The notes under the pieces: generated by a model | Database searches by the model: none | What the model saw: only the letters and a program-made list of their open reading frames with translations | Told to the model about the DNA's origin: nothing | Source of the DNA: a virus | Direction: 5' to 3' (one strand) | DNA length: 64,000 nucleotides | Virus record (IMG/VR): IMGVR_UViG_3300004369_000004 | Span: 36,864 to 100,863 of that record | Translations under genes and position numbers: made by a program | Part shown: positions 37,663-46,977 of the stretch, piece after piece | Layout of the letters: the number at the start of each line of letters is the position of its first letter | Position numbering within the stretch: the stretch's first letter is position 1

Positions 37663-37742
37663 GTTAGAAGTTATAATATCTAAAGTTAATACATAATCTA
37701 AGAAAATTTTTAAGCTAAAAAGTTAAAAATATAAAATAATAC

Positions 37743-37750
37743 TATATTTG
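37743..37750 (+). promoter_or_regulatory. -7 element TATATTTG pointing into a non-coding structured region
   Basis: Same octamer as the other promoters; AT-rich upstream; no clean -33 TTG. Confidence 0.5.
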
Positions 37751-38045
37751 CAGTGACACCGTCTCAAAAACGATCACCTGTGAGAGCGAAAGTTATTAGC
37801 AGGTCAGAAGTCGGATAGTAGTCTGCAGGGCTGTAATAGTGCTCAAACATAGTGGATGAGGTTTCTCCGATAGTGTCAAAAGATAGTATTTGAAATCTGC
37901 AGTGTTGCGACCTATAACAATAGGCAATGAGTGGACAGAACGCAAATTCAAGGGTAAAACCTTGTCTGGTTTAAAGACTGCTGCAGTATAAAACTACTAG
38001 GAATCTTAAAAAACAAGCCCCCCAACGGAATTGTTAGAGGGCTTG
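37751..38045 (+). ncRNA. Candidate structured non-coding RNA (~250-290 nt), family not recognised
   Basis: No ORF in the track; GC jump relative to flanks; begins right after a -7 element; multiple nested helices (see findings). Confidence 0.5.
38008..38045 (-). terminator. Intrinsic terminator of the holin/fibre operon
   Basis: CAAGCCC/GGGCTTG stem followed by U6 on the minus strand. Confidence 0.7.
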
Positions 38046-38076
38046 GTGTATCTAGGTGATACTAGAAGATTTTTGA

Positions 38077-38322
38077 TTACTCTTCTTCTTTTTTGTTACC
38101 CCAGATCTTATCTAGAGAAGCAAGACCCAAAGCACCAAATGCCAAAGCTGCTACTGCGTTAATAAGCACAGGAGAAGGAGCAATATGCTCTGCTGTATAC
38201 TGATTAGCAAACAGAGTTACACATAGAGAAATACCAGCCAAAATGCCAATAAATCTTTTTGAAGAAGGGATGCCATTTTCGTCACGCAAAAGACCAGCTA
38301 CCCAGTTAATTACTTTTTTCAT
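38077..38322 (-). CDS. Putative holin (2 TM), 81 aa
   Basis: PSSKRF followed by two hydrophobic helices; charged C-terminal tail. Confidence 0.6.
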   Translation of the reverse strand: MKKVINWVAGLLRDENGIPSSKRFIGILAGISLCVTLFANQYTAEHIAPSPVLINAVAALAFGALGLASLDKIWGNKKEEE

Positions 38323-38851
38323 TTTTATTAGTTTTTAAGAATGGATTAACTCCACTGTTGATTTCGTAAAAATTTTTCATGTAGATCAAATCATCTACTA
38401 AGCTATCATTACCTTCTTCCATAGCTTTCTGAAGTTTAATCTCATTCATTTTTGACTTAGTCTTAGATTCAATTACTTTGTCAAGTCCGTACATAGCAAG
38501 AGACTTAGCCATTTCTGGATTCTCTTTAAGTTGTTGATTAATTTCTTCTGTAGCTTCCTTGATCATATTCATCTCAATGTTCATATCCTCTACTTGAGCT
38601 TGAGCCTCAACAACTGTCTCTTCCAGAGCTTCAACGTTCTCAACAATCTCTTTTTCTACTACTTCTTGTTTTTTAGCAGCAGCCTGTATTATTGTAGCAG
38701 ACTTCTGCATTGTTTTTTCAGACTGTTGAATAAATACCTCTAACTCATCGTAGGGTTCAGGTACTGCAGCGTATACACGATCTACAGCCATATCAATAGC
38801 AAAGATTGATATAAGGCCCATAATAGTAAAATCAAATAATTGCTCTTTCAT
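38306..38851 (-). CDS. Membrane-anchored coiled-coil protein (possible spanin component), 181 aa
   Basis: N-terminal hydrophobic segment, long coiled coil, adjacent to the holin. Confidence 0.45.
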   Translation of the reverse strand: MKEQLFDFTIMGLISIFAIDMAVDRVYAAVPEPYDELEVFIQQSEKTMQKSATIIQAAAKKQEVVEKEIVENVEALEETVVEAQAQVEDMNIEMNMIKEATEEINQQLKENPEMAKSLAMYGLDKVIESKTKSKMNEIKLQKAMEEGNDSLVDDLIYMKNFYEINSGVNPFLKTNKNEKSN

Positions 38852-38852
38852 T

Positions 38853-39116
38853 TTATTTAGGGATTTTGCCTAAAGCCGTTAATACTTCAAGTTTTGTATT
38901 AGCAGCAGCAAGAGAACTATCAGATCTTCTCATATAGATAAGACACTTATCTACTTTTTCTTCTAGTACTACAATCTTTTCTTGATGTCGGTCAATCTGA
39001 GATTGATAGTTTGTCTTGTTATCATACCACAAATACGCAACTACCACTAACATACAAAAAGTCACAGCCTTAACGGGGTCTTTTGCAAATTGTTCAAATG
39101 TTACAGGAAGTTTCAT
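38853..39116 (-). CDS. Single-TM coiled-coil protein, 87 aa (lysis-cluster accessory)
   Basis: AVTFCMLVVVAYLWY TM segment; start moved to ATG 39116 because the track start lies inside a terminator hairpin. Confidence 0.55.
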   Translation of the reverse strand: MKLPVTFEQFAKDPVKAVTFCMLVVVAYLWYDNKTNYQSQIDRHQEKIVVLEEKVDKCLIYMRRSDSSLAAANTKLEVLTALGKIPK

Positions 39117-39139
39117 ATTTAACAAAAATAGTCTTATAT

Positions 39140-39172
39140 AAAAAAAAGTCAAGGCAATTACACCTTGACTTT
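39140..39172 (-). terminator. Intrinsic terminator
   Basis: AAAGTCAAGG/CCTTGACTTT 10-bp stem; long U tract on minus. Confidence 0.7.
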
Positions 39173-39195
39173 CTTAAAGAGTTTAAAGATTAAAC

Positions 39196-39471
39196 TTACT
39201 CAGCAGTAACTTCCTCTACAGGAGTTTCTGCAGAAATAAATTCAAAAGTATCAATGTTGATTTGACCTTTTCCGTAGGACTCTTCAATACCTTTGAAGAA
39301 TTCATTCTGCTCTTCAATAACTTTAGACATAGCTTCTTTAACTTGTGCCTTTAGTTGTTCCAGATCAGACATCTGCAGTTCAATCTTTCCCAAGTCAGTA
39401 ATAACTGCTTGTGTACGCTGTTGAAATCCTTTGATTGATTTGATTTCAGTTTCGGTTAGTTTAGTCGACAT
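39196..39471 (-). CDS. Coiled-coil hypothetical protein, 91 aa
   Basis: LGKIE...YGKGQINIDTFEF pattern, common next to phage fibre genes. Confidence 0.65.
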   Translation of the reverse strand: MSTKLTETEIKSIKGFQQRTQAVITDLGKIELQMSDLEQLKAQVKEAMSKVIEEQNEFFKGIEESYGKGQINIDTFEFISAETPVEEVTAE

Positions 39472-39566
39472 ATTATTTTCTTTTAGTTGGTTTAACCCAT
39501 TTGAGGTAGTATTGGCAAAGGTAATGCCAATAAAGTTAATCTGCCAAGTTGTCTAGTAACTTAAAA

Positions 39567-39866
39567 TTATTCTGCAGAAACAGCAGACAATCCAAGTTCA
39601 GTCATAACCCAATCAACGACTACGCTGTCATCTGTACCCCAAGTGTCGTACTCAGATTGAGGAAACTGCAAGTTACCCTCAAGCAACATAGCGCCAGGAC
39701 GAGTTACTTCTTCTTGAGTTTCAGGATCAGTTACAGTTATATCGGCAAATACCTGCCAGTACAAAGCTACTCCATTGGTAGGAGTAATAGGGAAGTTCAA
39801 AACAGTCACGTTAAGATACTTACCAGTTCCTTTGGTAGGAACTACGAGGTCTTGAATATTTGTCAT
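39567..39866 (-). CDS. Tail-fibre-associated small protein (assembly chaperone-like), 99 aa
   Basis: EGNL...EYDTWGTDDSVVVDWVMTELGL motif; directly downstream of the largest fibre gene. Confidence 0.6.
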   Translation of the reverse strand: MTNIQDLVVPTKGTGKYLNVTVLNFPITPTNGVALYWQVFADITVTDPETQEEVTRPGAMLLEGNLQFPQSEYDTWGTDDSVVVDWVMTELGLSAVSAE

Positions 39867-39897
39867 AATTTTAAAATGTTTAAGTGTTTAGTTATTA

Positions 39898-39927
39898 CAA
39901 AGATATAATTTTCTAGATTAAATACAA
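39898..39927 (-). promoter_or_regulatory. Bacteroidota-type promoter TTG-N19-TATCTTTG
   Basis: Exact 19-nt spacer; upstream of the 39866 start. Confidence 0.65.
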
Positions 39928-39942
39928 GTACTTTGTTTTAGA

Positions 39943-42900
39943 TTAGAATACATTAGTTAAAATACCGTTGGTAAATTCTAGGTTTTGCTGTCCTGGAGGA
40001 TTAGAAGGGAAACTAACAGTTCCTGACCATCCCATATTCCCATTAGTAACAATTGCTCCATCGTTCTTTACTACAAATTTCTCTGTGTTGTTAGAGTCTC
40101 TCAGCTCCATTACGTTCTCAGTAGCATCAGATGTTCTTCCTCTTACAGCAAATTCTGTTGACCCTAAAGGCGCAGGATTAGCATATCCTGTTCCACCAAA
40201 GTTTACGTAGATACCTTGTCCACGACCCACTAGGTCAGTATCCAACAAGATAGGCTTATAAGATCCTGCTCCGTTGCCGTAGTTGTATCCCGTAAACTGA
40301 ACGTGTGCAGTATCGTTGTAGCGGAAGATAAATCCAGAGGCAGCTCCACCACCTTGACCGCAACCAAAGAAAGCATAAGCGTCTCCACGGAAGTCCATGA
40401 TGGATGTTCCGTTAGAGTTCTGTACCTCAAAGATTTTGGTTGAAGAGGCACTTCCAGAGCCCTTTATGAAGACATCTCCGTTTACCTGTAGCTTCTTGCC
40501 GTTGTCTGTAGTAGTACCGATGAGGACGTTGCCACCAGACCTATTGAGCAAAAGATTTCTATACGCAACACCTTGCTCAACCGCTTGTATCTCTCCATAA
40601 GTCGTTGTTACTCCAAATGTAAGCTGGTAGTTTCCTGCACCCAAACGGGCCACCTCTCCGATTATTCCTTTGTTTACATGAAGTAAGGCACTAGGACTAG
40701 TCGTACCTATACCTACGTTTCCACTAGAGGTAAGTCTCATTACGTCAGAAGCTGCAACTTGTAGTTGCAAATAACCAGACTGCCCTGTTATTCTAGTATT
40801 GCTAGTATTCCAAGTTAAAAACTGATTGTCAGATAGTTTTATATCTCCATTAACGTGCAATTTAGCTGTTGGACTAGTCGTCCCAATACCTACGTTGCCA
40901 GAAGAAGTAGCTATGCCAACATTACCATTTGGTTGTATGTATAAATTTTGGACTGTTAATCCGTCAGCAGACCTAGCCTCAATCATATCACGACCTAATT
41001 GAAGCCTTCTCGCATCGTCTTGTACTATTAAAGCAGAACTATTGTTACTAGTAGCAACTATGTGCAGTAAGTTTCCTGGACTAGTAGTACCAATGCCAAC
41101 ATTCCCAGTTGATGTACTTATATAAAAAAGCTTAACTGAGCTAGTACCAAGAGATATATCAGTATTACCTAAAACAAATCTAGAAGAATTACCTCTAGCA
41201 TTTACAATATGAAACTGATAATCATTTTCAACTCCAAGTATTATTTGCTTTGCACTACCCGTTGTATCAAAATACAATTTTCTAGTTACTCCATCTAAAC
41301 TTAAATTTCCGCTAACTGTTAATTTTTCGGAAGGACCTGTCGTGCCAATGCCTACGTTGCCTAAACTGTTAAATACTACGTTTGTTGTTCCATTTATCTG
41401 GAATGAGTGACCTCTTGTCCCTGTGTTAAATACAGTTCCACCAGCACCGCTTCCCTGTGACCATGTTACATCCTTGCTTGAATTGAAGGATAGGTACAAG
41501 TTTTGAGAATATGTAGCATTGCTGTTTTTAAACTCTGCTAAAGTACCTCCTGTTCCTAAGTCTTCATGAACTGTTAATCTATATCCTGGACTCGTAGTTC
41601 CAATTCCGACTTTGCCCTTTTGAGTTCCACCACCAATAGTCATAACTATGCTGGTAGCAGAAGTACTTGAACCCGTTGCAAAGTTTATATTACCATGAGC
41701 GGCAGCAGATAGACCTCTATTTATAATATTTGTGTCTATGTACTGATTACCGAGCAAGCCAAAACCACCACTAGAAACTTGTTCTATTTGTGTTTTTGCC
41801 TGATTGTTTGAACCAGAAGATATCTCTATATAACCACTACCCTGATTACTAGTAGGATTGTTATCAAGGCTCAACATTCTAGTTTGAGACTGAGCTGCTG
41901 GAGTATTTTCTATCTCCAGAAGAGAATCAGGACTAGTCGTGCCAATCCCGACGTTGCCAGAAGTGTCTATGGTTAGGTTAGATGTTGATAAACTATCAGC
42001 TGTGCCATAGGACGCTTTAGTCCCTTCAGCGATTACATAAGCTGATGAGTCGTTGTCGGCAACTAGTAGTTTACTTCTATTGGTGCTAGACTTAACATAT
42101 AATCCGCTGGGCGCTCCTCCACCATATGCTATGTGTAGTAAGGATGTTGGACTAGTAGTACCAATACCTACGTTACCTGCACTAGTTATATTCAAGATAG
42201 GAGCAGTACTTGCTAAGTATCCTGTGCCTATTCCAAACGTACCTATATTGTTACCAATATACCAAGCTTGCTGTGAATCATAGGAATACCTTGTTTGAGG
42301 TCTTCCCGTAGAAACTAGATGTGAAATTGAAGTTGCACTATTAGTTCTATAAAACCTAGCTAAGTTTTCATTTACTGTATTATTTACTTCAATTTGGTAA
42401 CTAGGATTAGTAGTACCAATACCTACGTTACCACTTGTGGTCATTGTGATACGAGGTGTTAGAGTAGTGTTATATGCAGAAGAATATCCAATATGTAACT
42501 TTGCACTATCTCCATCATCTTGCCAGATCCTAGATATATCTGCTGTACCACCGTAAAGTGCTATCCCTGCTCTATAGCCTCCACCTGCGTTTCTTACGAC
42601 TAAATCAACATCTTCCTGTCCTGCGCTAATGTCCACTTTTGCTAATGGAGCAGTAGTACCAATACCTACGTTTCCTGTTCCAGTTATTCTTAATCTTTCT
42701 GCACCTGCTGTGTGTATTTGAAAATTATCTCCTTGAGTGCCTATAAGTATCTGACCTGTAGTATTAGCGTCTTCTAGCTCTATGTATGAAGTAGTTTGAT
42801 CTGACTCAAACCTTGCTACTTCATTATCCCCCGTTTTTTTAACATGAAGAGACCTTACTGGACTAGTAGTACCAATACCTACGTTGCCATTACTCAACAT

Positions 42901-44667
42901 AGTAATAGAAGAAACTAAGTTGGTAGAAGTAAAGTTTCCGTTTGCTACGTTAATAAACCCTAAGTGCTTATAAGAGTTAGCAGCACCATTACCAAAATAT
43001 CTTTCGTAATATGCATATCCACTATTTGCTGCAGTAACTGTACCAGCTGCTTCGCTATTGTAATATCCTCCTTCTATGTAAAATACTGAGGGTGAGTTAT
43101 TACTTGGAGAGTAGAGATGTGCATCTTGTACTACAGCAGTATTTGTTCTGCTTAAGCGTATTCCAAAAAAATTAGAAGAAGAATCTCCAATTTGAATTTG
43201 ACCAGAACTAATATGAAGTTTTTCAGCAGGACTTGTAGTCCCAATACCGACGTTGCCTGAGGAGTTTATTCTAACGCTTTCTATACCGCTAGAGTAGAAT
43301 ACCGTATCTACAGAGTCTATGCGTACTAATGACCAACTTAAACTAGCTTCATTAAATCCAACATAAAGAATTTTATTATTATCGGTATTTGGCCGTATGT
43401 AGTTAGATGTCCTACTAAACTCTAGACCGTATCCATGTACGTCTACATATTCAGCGGCCGAATCATGATAAACTCTTAAATAGTTATTGTTTGTACCATC
43501 TCCAATAAAAGCATTACCCCTAACATCTAATTTGCTACTAGGACTACTAGTACCAATACCTAGATTACCCGCAAGATACATCCCACCAGAGTTGTTTATG
43601 TATGCGGTAGTAGCAGATCCTGTTCCTTTAAAAGAAAGAGTTCCATAAATAGAAGATCCCCCACGGCCTACAAAAGGAGACTGATCTATACCTTCATTAT
43701 TATCAATAACAATATCTACAGTCTGTAAATTTATAGTATATCCATCTTGTGGAGTAAGCGTAATTTCCCATTTTTTAATATAGTTAGGACCTCCACAAGG
43801 AATTCTCCAGTAAGCAAAGCATGTGGTACAACTTCCTCCTGCTCTAATTTCTGTACCACTATACGGTCCATACCAAGTACCACTTGTATTCTGTACACGA
43901 ACTGTAACGTTAGCTGGAGGGCGGTTAGTCCAGAAACCCAAATAAACATTTCCTGAAGAGTAAACAGAGTTTGTTCCGTCAATCAACTCATAGGTTCTCA
44001 CCCAAGTACTTCCTGCTTGAGGATATGTTCCAGTATAAGAATTTGTTACTGTATATCTGATTCCCTCGCCTCCCCACAACAAAGTTTTGATAGTTGAGGG
44101 GTGCATTGTTACAGTCTTACCTGCAAATGTTGAGTAGTTTATGAAGTCACCATACCTAACAAAATCTGTAGTGGCAGTAACTGTATCTACACTTCCGTCT
44201 GCTTTTAAATACTGTAAAGAAGTTCCTCCATTTTTAATAATAGACGTTCCTCTAATTGAGCCGTTTACTTCTAGCTTATTACCACTATCTGTAGTAGTTC
44301 CAATTAGTACGTTGCCATTATTTTTTACCCTTAGGAGGCTTGTTAGATCGTCTTTTTTTATACTAAAATCGTAGTTTCCAACTAGGATATCTCCATATGA
44401 AGGATCACTATTCCAGTCTCCTATGTTTATACCTTTTGCAGAAAGAGAATTCCAAGAACCTCCTACATTTTGAAGAACTAGTTTTGTGGTAGACGAAGCC
44501 ATTCTCAGTATGCTACCATCCATCATTATGTTTCCTGCAACATGCAGTATCTCATTTGCAGGACTAGTTGTTCCTATTCCGACCCTGTTATTGGTAGAAT
44601 CAACATACAAAATATTTGTGTCTACGGTAAGATTACCTGTTATTGTGGTGGATAATAAATTAGCCAT
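39943..44667 (-). CDS. Long tail fibre/adhesin with about 15 GNVGIGTTxP repeats, 1574 aa
   Basis: Repeats separated by divergent, mostly 50-110-aa beta-rich cassettes; one larger globular insert at about aa 170-330. Confidence 0.8.
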   Translation of the reverse strand: MANLLSTTITGNLTVDTNILYVDSTNNRVGIGTTSPANEILHVAGNIMMDGSILRMASSTTKLVLQNVGGSWNSLSAKGINIGDWNSDPSYGDILVGNYDFSIKKDDLTSLLRVKNNGNVLIGTTTDSGNKLEVNGSIRGTSIIKNGGTSLQYLKADGSVDTVTATTDFVRYGDFINYSTFAGKTVTMHPSTIKTLLWGGEGIRYTVTNSYTGTYPQAGSTWVRTYELIDGTNSVYSSGNVYLGFWTNRPPANVTVRVQNTSGTWYGPYSGTEIRAGGSCTTCFAYWRIPCGGPNYIKKWEITLTPQDGYTINLQTVDIVIDNNEGIDQSPFVGRGGSSIYGTLSFKGTGSATTAYINNSGGMYLAGNLGIGTSSPSSKLDVRGNAFIGDGTNNNYLRVYHDSAAEYVDVHGYGLEFSRTSNYIRPNTDNNKILYVGFNEASLSWSLVRIDSVDTVFYSSGIESVRINSSGNVGIGTTSPAEKLHISSGQIQIGDSSSNFFGIRLSRTNTAVVQDAHLYSPSNNSPSVFYIEGGYYNSEAAGTVTAANSGYAYYERYFGNGAANSYKHLGFINVANGNFTSTNLVSSITMLSNGNVGIGTTSPVRSLHVKKTGDNEVARFESDQTTSYIELEDANTTGQILIGTQGDNFQIHTAGAERLRITGTGNVGIGTTAPLAKVDISAGQEDVDLVVRNAGGGYRAGIALYGGTADISRIWQDDGDSAKLHIGYSSAYNTTLTPRITMTTSGNVGIGTTNPSYQIEVNNTVNENLARFYRTNSATSISHLVSTGRPQTRYSYDSQQAWYIGNNIGTFGIGTGYLASTAPILNITSAGNVGIGTTSPTSLLHIAYGGGAPSGLYVKSSTNRSKLLVADNDSSAYVIAEGTKASYGTADSLSTSNLTIDTSGNVGIGTTSPDSLLEIENTPAAQSQTRMLSLDNNPTSNQGSGYIEISSGSNNQAKTQIEQVSSGGFGLLGNQYIDTNIINRGLSAAAHGNINFATGSSTSATSIVMTIGGGTQKGKVGIGTTSPGYRLTVHEDLGTGGTLAEFKNSNATYSQNLYLSFNSSKDVTWSQGSGAGGTVFNTGTRGHSFQINGTTNVVFNSLGNVGIGTTGPSEKLTVSGNLSLDGVTRKLYFDTTGSAKQIILGVENDYQFHIVNARGNSSRFVLGNTDISLGTSSVKLFYISTSTGNVGIGTTSPGNLLHIVATSNNSSALIVQDDARRLQLGRDMIEARSADGLTVQNLYIQPNGNVGIATSSGNVGIGTTSPTAKLHVNGDIKLSDNQFLTWNTSNTRITGQSGYLQLQVAASDVMRLTSSGNVGIGTTSPSALLHVNKGIIGEVARLGAGNYQLTFGVTTTYGEIQAVEQGVAYRNLLLNRSGGNVLIGTTTDNGKKLQVNGDVFIKGSGSASSTKIFEVQNSNGTSIMDFRGDAYAFFGCGQGGGAASGFIFRYNDTAHVQFTGYNYGNGAGSYKPILLDTDLVGRGQGIYVNFGGTGYANPAPLGSTEFAVRGRTSDATENVMELRDSNNTEKFVVKNDGAIVTNGNMGWSGTVSFPSNPPGQQNLEFTNGILTNVF
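42148..42885. repeat. In-frame dispersed direct repeats encoding NVGIGTT (21-nt exact core, four copies)
   Basis: AGTAGTACCAATACCTACGTT starts at 42154, 42409, 42652 and 42865 (spacings 255, 243, 213 nt). Confidence 0.85.
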
Positions 44668-46945
44668 TTATTTTATTTTTTAATTCTTCTACTTGTTTAG
44701 TTAATTCTTGCACTGCTCCTATTAAAGCGACTGTTAAGCGAGAGTAGTTTACGCCTACAGGCTCTCCATTCTCGTCAAACTGAACAAACTCTGGATAAAC
44801 TGTTTGTACCTCTTCTGCAATAAGACCTAACTCTTTCTTGGTCTGTCCTATTTTATTATAAGATACTGGACGTAAGTTTACAACTTTTTTAAGCGAACCG
44901 TTCAGATCTTCTACGTTTTCTTTAATCTTAATAGAAGAGTTCTCTGTAATAGTTCCATTAACAGTTAAGTTGCCAGATACAGTAAGTACTCCCGCAATGG
45001 TTCCTCCTGTCAGTGGAAGGTAGTCTGCTAGTTGTGTAGTAGTTGCGTATCCTGCTAATGCGTGATTGCCCCACGAGTAAGCTGTGTTCCAGTTGGAAAC
45101 ATCCGTAATACTAAATTGATTGCTATTCCAAAAGAAATAATAAGTACTACTTTGCAATATTTCTAGATAACTACTTGCTGCCCTAGATGGATCCACCTCT
45201 AGAACCATACCTCTTCCTGCTATTTTCTTTAGAGAGTTGACTGAATAAAATTCTACACCCGTACTATCTTCTGAAAAACTTATGTTTGAGTTGGTATTTA
45301 TTATACCAGTCATAGTACCGCCAGCCAAGGGAAGCTTAGCAGCAATACTGTTAGTTACGGTTGTGGCGAAATTAGGGTCATCTCCAAGGGCGGCAGCTAA
45401 TTCATTTAAGGTATCTAGTGTAGCAGGAGCTGAGTCTACAAGGTTAGCAATGGCAGTAGTCACATAACTTGTAGTTGCATATCCTTGTGCAGTGACCCAT
45501 TGTCTAGATGCTACTTGCTTCCAAGTACCAATAGTAGAATCTTTACTTCTAAAGTATAAACCATCTGCCGATGATGACGTATTTGCACCAAGCTGGAAAC
45601 CATAGTTTCCATCGGCTTGCATTACGTTAAGAATTGTAGTGTGTCCAGCAACTGGACCGTTCACATCATAGTTTCTGTATATACCAAAAGTGGTGTATGT
45701 ATTTGCATCACCGCTAGTAGTATAAATTGCCCCGTGAACTTGAGCTGCTGTTATACCAGTTAAGTAAGTATTAGTATCTACAGTAATTAAACCATTAGCA
45801 GTAGTTCTAAGTAAACCAGCTCCATATGTATTAAACTGTACAGTACCGTTTGCATAAATAACAACTCTATCAGTAGCAGCGGGAGCGTTGTAAAATCTAT
45901 AGTTAACATCATCTAATGAAAGACCTACAAACCACTCACTTGCTCCAGCAATATCTTCATACCAAACTCCAGCACCATTATTATGACCTCCAAGTGTAAG
46001 TCTACCGTTAGTAATATTTATAGCATCTTCTACCGCAGCTCCTCCAGATATAATAAGACCATTAGCAGCAGTAACTCCATTAACATCTAGTTTGTATGCT
46101 GGCGCAGTCGTCCCAATTCCAACGTTGCCACCGTCAACAATAAACATTCCGTTGTTGGAGTCATCAACTATAGCTACTCTTTTATTAACAAGTGCTTGAA
46201 GTTGAATTCCTAATGCTGTAGCTGTTAGCTTGCCTACATCAGCACTATTTCTTCTAAACAATATTAAACGTTCCTGATTGAGCGAATCTGTTAATAGTAT
46301 ATTTCCATCTACAGTAAGCTTCTCTGTAGGATTAGTAGTACCAATACCTACATTGCCTGCATCGTTAATAAACATTCTATAAGCACCTACCGTTCTGTTG
46401 TAGATACCCATACCACCAATTTGTGCTCCAATAGAATGAATATTTGCAGTATTAACCTGCATATCCATCCATACACCGTTTCCTGTTCCTTGTAGAAATA
46501 TACCTTCGTTATCTGATGTGTATATATGTAGTTTTTTGGAAGGACTACTCGTTCCTATGCCGACGTTGCCAGTCGTGCCATCAACATACATTCTGCTTGT
46601 ACCAACAGAATTATTGGCGGTAGCACCAGTATTAAAGAATATGTTCGTATTAGAACCAAGCACAATGCCTTCTCCAGCAGAAGACAACAATAAAAGATTA
46701 TCGTAGAATGATTCATTTCCTATGAAATGTGAATCACCAACTGTAAGACCACCAACAGCAATAGCGTTAGTAGTAGTAGCACCTCTTCCTGTTACACTAT
46801 GTAAAGTGTCACTAAGAGAGGTAACGGCATAACTGCCTACGTTACCTGTGTGAATAACAGAGTTTCCTCCGACTGTTGCTGCTCCTGAGATTGTAGTATC
46901 ACCTACTACAATAAGACCATTTTTGACTTTAAATTCGTTTGACAT
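44660..46945 (-). CDS. Tail fibre with C-terminal intramolecular chaperone (peptidase S74), 761 aa
   Basis: SSIKIKENV...LRPVSY...GLIAEEV...VNYSRL...AVQEL; LVDSAPATLDTLNELAAALGDDPNFATT fibre motif; 3 GNVGIGT repeats. Confidence 0.85.
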   Translation of the reverse strand: MSNEFKVKNGLIVVGDTTISGAATVGGNSVIHTGNVGSYAVTSLSDTLHSVTGRGATTTNAIAVGGLTVGDSHFIGNESFYDNLLLLSSAGEGIVLGSNTNIFFNTGATANNSVGTSRMYVDGTTGNVGIGTSSPSKKLHIYTSDNEGIFLQGTGNGVWMDMQVNTANIHSIGAQIGGMGIYNRTVGAYRMFINDAGNVGIGTTNPTEKLTVDGNILLTDSLNQERLILFRRNSADVGKLTATALGIQLQALVNKRVAIVDDSNNGMFIVDGGNVGIGTTAPAYKLDVNGVTAANGLIISGGAAVEDAINITNGRLTLGGHNNGAGVWYEDIAGASEWFVGLSLDDVNYRFYNAPAATDRVVIYANGTVQFNTYGAGLLRTTANGLITVDTNTYLTGITAAQVHGAIYTTSGDANTYTTFGIYRNYDVNGPVAGHTTILNVMQADGNYGFQLGANTSSSADGLYFRSKDSTIGTWKQVASRQWVTAQGYATTSYVTTAIANLVDSAPATLDTLNELAAALGDDPNFATTVTNSIAAKLPLAGGTMTGIINTNSNISFSEDSTGVEFYSVNSLKKIAGRGMVLEVDPSRAASSYLEILQSSTYYFFWNSNQFSITDVSNWNTAYSWGNHALAGYATTTQLADYLPLTGGTIAGVLTVSGNLTVNGTITENSSIKIKENVEDLNGSLKKVVNLRPVSYNKIGQTKKELGLIAEEVQTVYPEFVQFDENGEPVGVNYSRLTVALIGAVQELTKQVEELKNKING

Positions 46946-46977
46946 GTTATATTGTTTTCACTATCCAACAATGTTTA

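Noticed and set aside
37805-37945. RNase P-like words (AGAAGTCGG, GACAGAAC) in the candidate ncRNA
   Set aside because: The complementary P4 partner (CCGGCTTA-like) is absent, so it is not called RNase P RNA
42148-42885. Regularly spaced 21-27-nt direct repeats resembling a CRISPR array
   Set aside because: Spacers are 190-235 nt and in frame, the repeats encode GNVGIGTT within a fibre gene, and no cas genes are present
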